DNA of 63,302 bases, counting the filler, from Olpidium bornovanus S191 (lineage: Eukaryota; Fungi; Olpidiomycota), in NCBI GenBank assembly GCA_017911155.1. It is 34 parts of 34 records of this genome, joined end to end, with 100 filler letters (N's around TTAATTAATTAA, not from the genome) between each part and the next. Parts side by side here need not be neighbours in the genome. Positions count along the whole stretch, not along the records: positions 62,250 to 63,302 come from JAEFCI010005418.1; 33 more parts are not named here. One strand, 5' to 3'. A model generated the notes under the pieces. The model saw only the letters and a program-made list of their open reading frames with translations. It was not told the DNA's origin and did not search any database. Each line of letters begins with the position of its first letter. Position 1 is the first letter of the stretch. This document shows positions 62,150-63,302 of this stretch, in pieces. The translations under genes and the position numbers were made by a program.

Positions 62150-62658
62150 NNNNNNNNNNNNNNNNNNNNNNNNNNNNNNNNNNNNNNNNNNNNTTAATTA
62201 ATTAANNNNNNNNNNNNNNNNNNNNNNNNNNNNNNNNNNNNNNNNNNNNCATGAGCTTTCCGTAACGGATGTTTTGCAGTTGTCTTTGACGCTCCAGTTC
62301 TTGGACTCCTCAAGCCTGGTTTAACCGTCCCAGTGGGAAAATGCCCTGATGAGAAGCGAACCCCACTACCATTTTCTAACGTGTACTCGCAGGTTGCTTA
62401 ATAATTATTAAACAGAACAATTGGTCAGAGCTGTTTTTACGATGTTATGGTTCAGTTCCACGGGCGAAACGTGGGGTAGAAAAGAACAACGTCGGCAAAT
62501 CAACGCCGGATGTACTGCCAGGACACCGCCCGTATTTAGTAAACTTGCCTCATGGGTTAATGAAGCGGCCTTCTCGCACAATATTTGGGAGGATTCTGCA
62601 GGCAGCTGACGCACGGTAAGGGATTTGAGTAGATGCCTAGCTGTATTCAACAACTAGC

Positions 62659-63161
62659 TGTTCGGCCGGCCCTCCGGCCCGGCCTGCACAATTGGCAGCG
62701 TACGCGGCGACCAAAAAATGGGGAGGCACGCGGCTTCGGGGCTCGGGGAGGATGCGAGAGGTAACGGTAGAGTAGGGGTGGGTGTAGGGGAGATGGGGGT
62801 GGCCGGTGGTGAGTTCTTCCAACCGGTCGTCGGTGCCGGCGGGGTGTTGTGTTTGCCGGTAAGTCCTCGATCGTACGGCCCTCGACGCCGGAGTTCTTGG
62901 GCCCGAGGAGCGCGCCAACCCTCCACCGTAGAGGGTCAAGGTCGCACGGCGTCCGTCTCCGCGTCGTTCTGCTTCAAAGGGTTCTTCGTTTTTATTAGGT
63001 ATGAGAGAGTGAACGAATTATTTTCTTTCTTGGGGGTTTGTTTATATCTGGTCGGGGGGGTTTTTCAACGAGAGAGGGGGAGGGGGAAACAAAAGGGCTC
63101 CGTGCGGGCGCCCCGGCCTCCCAGGGCAAGAAATTGCCCGACAACCCGCCCCCTCGCGACA
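62659..63161 (-). mobile_element. LTR related to element A (probable 3' LTR; inner end uncertain)
   Basis: Shares conserved blocks and the terminal hairpin with 39450-39677. On the minus strand it is preceded by a PPT-like AAGCGGGGAA. Confidence 0.7.
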
Positions 63162-63169
63162 TTCCCCGC

Positions 63170-63302
63170 TTAGTCGAGGGACATGGTTGACTGCCGTCGG
63201 AAACGACGGCCTTAACTCGTCGTGATAGCGGACCTTCGAATAGGCTTGGCAGATCTCACAGCTACGCACATACTCCTCTACATTGCGTCGCATTCCTGGC
63301 CA
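63170..63302 (-). mobile_element. Ty3/gypsy integrase zinc-binding region, truncated before the catalytic core
   Basis: PGMRRNVEEYVRSCEICQAYSK...ELRP. Confidence 0.88.

Larger units (their letters stand above)
2131..62249. other. 33 artificial 100-bp contig linkers (N44 + TTAATTAATTAA + N44)
   Basis: Identical layout each time. Linker starts: 2131, 5237, 6896, 8012, 10144, 11246, 13755, 15037, 16598, 18138, 20182, 22631, 24654, 26992, 29030, 30766, 31921, 34722, 36174, 37400, 38986, 41015, 42671, 45044, 46444, 47679, 50386, 53322, 55373, 57167, 58775, 59944, 62150. The palindromic 12-mer places TAA in all six frames. Confidence 0.99.

Noticed and set aside
2131-62249. Regularly recurring palindromic TTAATTAATTAA as a CRISPR-like or biological repeat
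   Set aside because: It is always embedded in exactly 44+44 Ns and is a standard six-frame-stop concatenation linker.
1-63302. tRNA, rRNA or CRISPR arrays
   Set aside because: No cloverleaf with a T-loop in context, no rRNA-like conserved stretch and no repeat-spacer array was seen by eye.

Overview
This window is not one locus. It is 34 short contigs (about 1-3 kb each) joined by 33 identical 100-bp artificial linkers (N44-TTAATTAATTAA-N44, stops in all six frames), so adjacency across linkers carries no biological meaning. The DNA is eukaryotic, GC-rich and intron-dense (short GT-AG introns, long homopolymer and GA/CT tracts). It contains fungal-type housekeeping gene fragments: BRF1, SCOT, MAG1, MED18, INO1, an SLC35A-type transporter, CLYBL, a P4-ATPase, DMA1-like RING, CEG1 capping enzyme, an M16C peptidase and a PZP-domain protein. 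It also contains ciliary genes: B9D1, CFAP47, a SHIPPO-repeat protein and a dynein-stalk-like domain. Together these point to a zoosporic (flagellated) fungus; this is an inference, and an Olpidium-like single-cell assembly would fit. Several of these genes, including the capping enzyme, are not visible in the ORF track and were reconstructed by manual splicing. About a fifth of the contigs are LTR-retrotransposon pieces (Ty1/copia and Ty3/gypsy). The most notable observations are: (i) a Ty3/gypsy family seen on three contigs whose LTRs share a hairpin just inside the TG terminus, two of which also share an 18-nt PBS and show nested insertions; (ii) a dynein microtubule-binding-like domain apparently outside a dynein context; (iii) a strong excess of CATG at contig ends. 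No rRNA, tRNA or CRISPR array was seen. Family calls come from motif recognition by eye, not from database searches.
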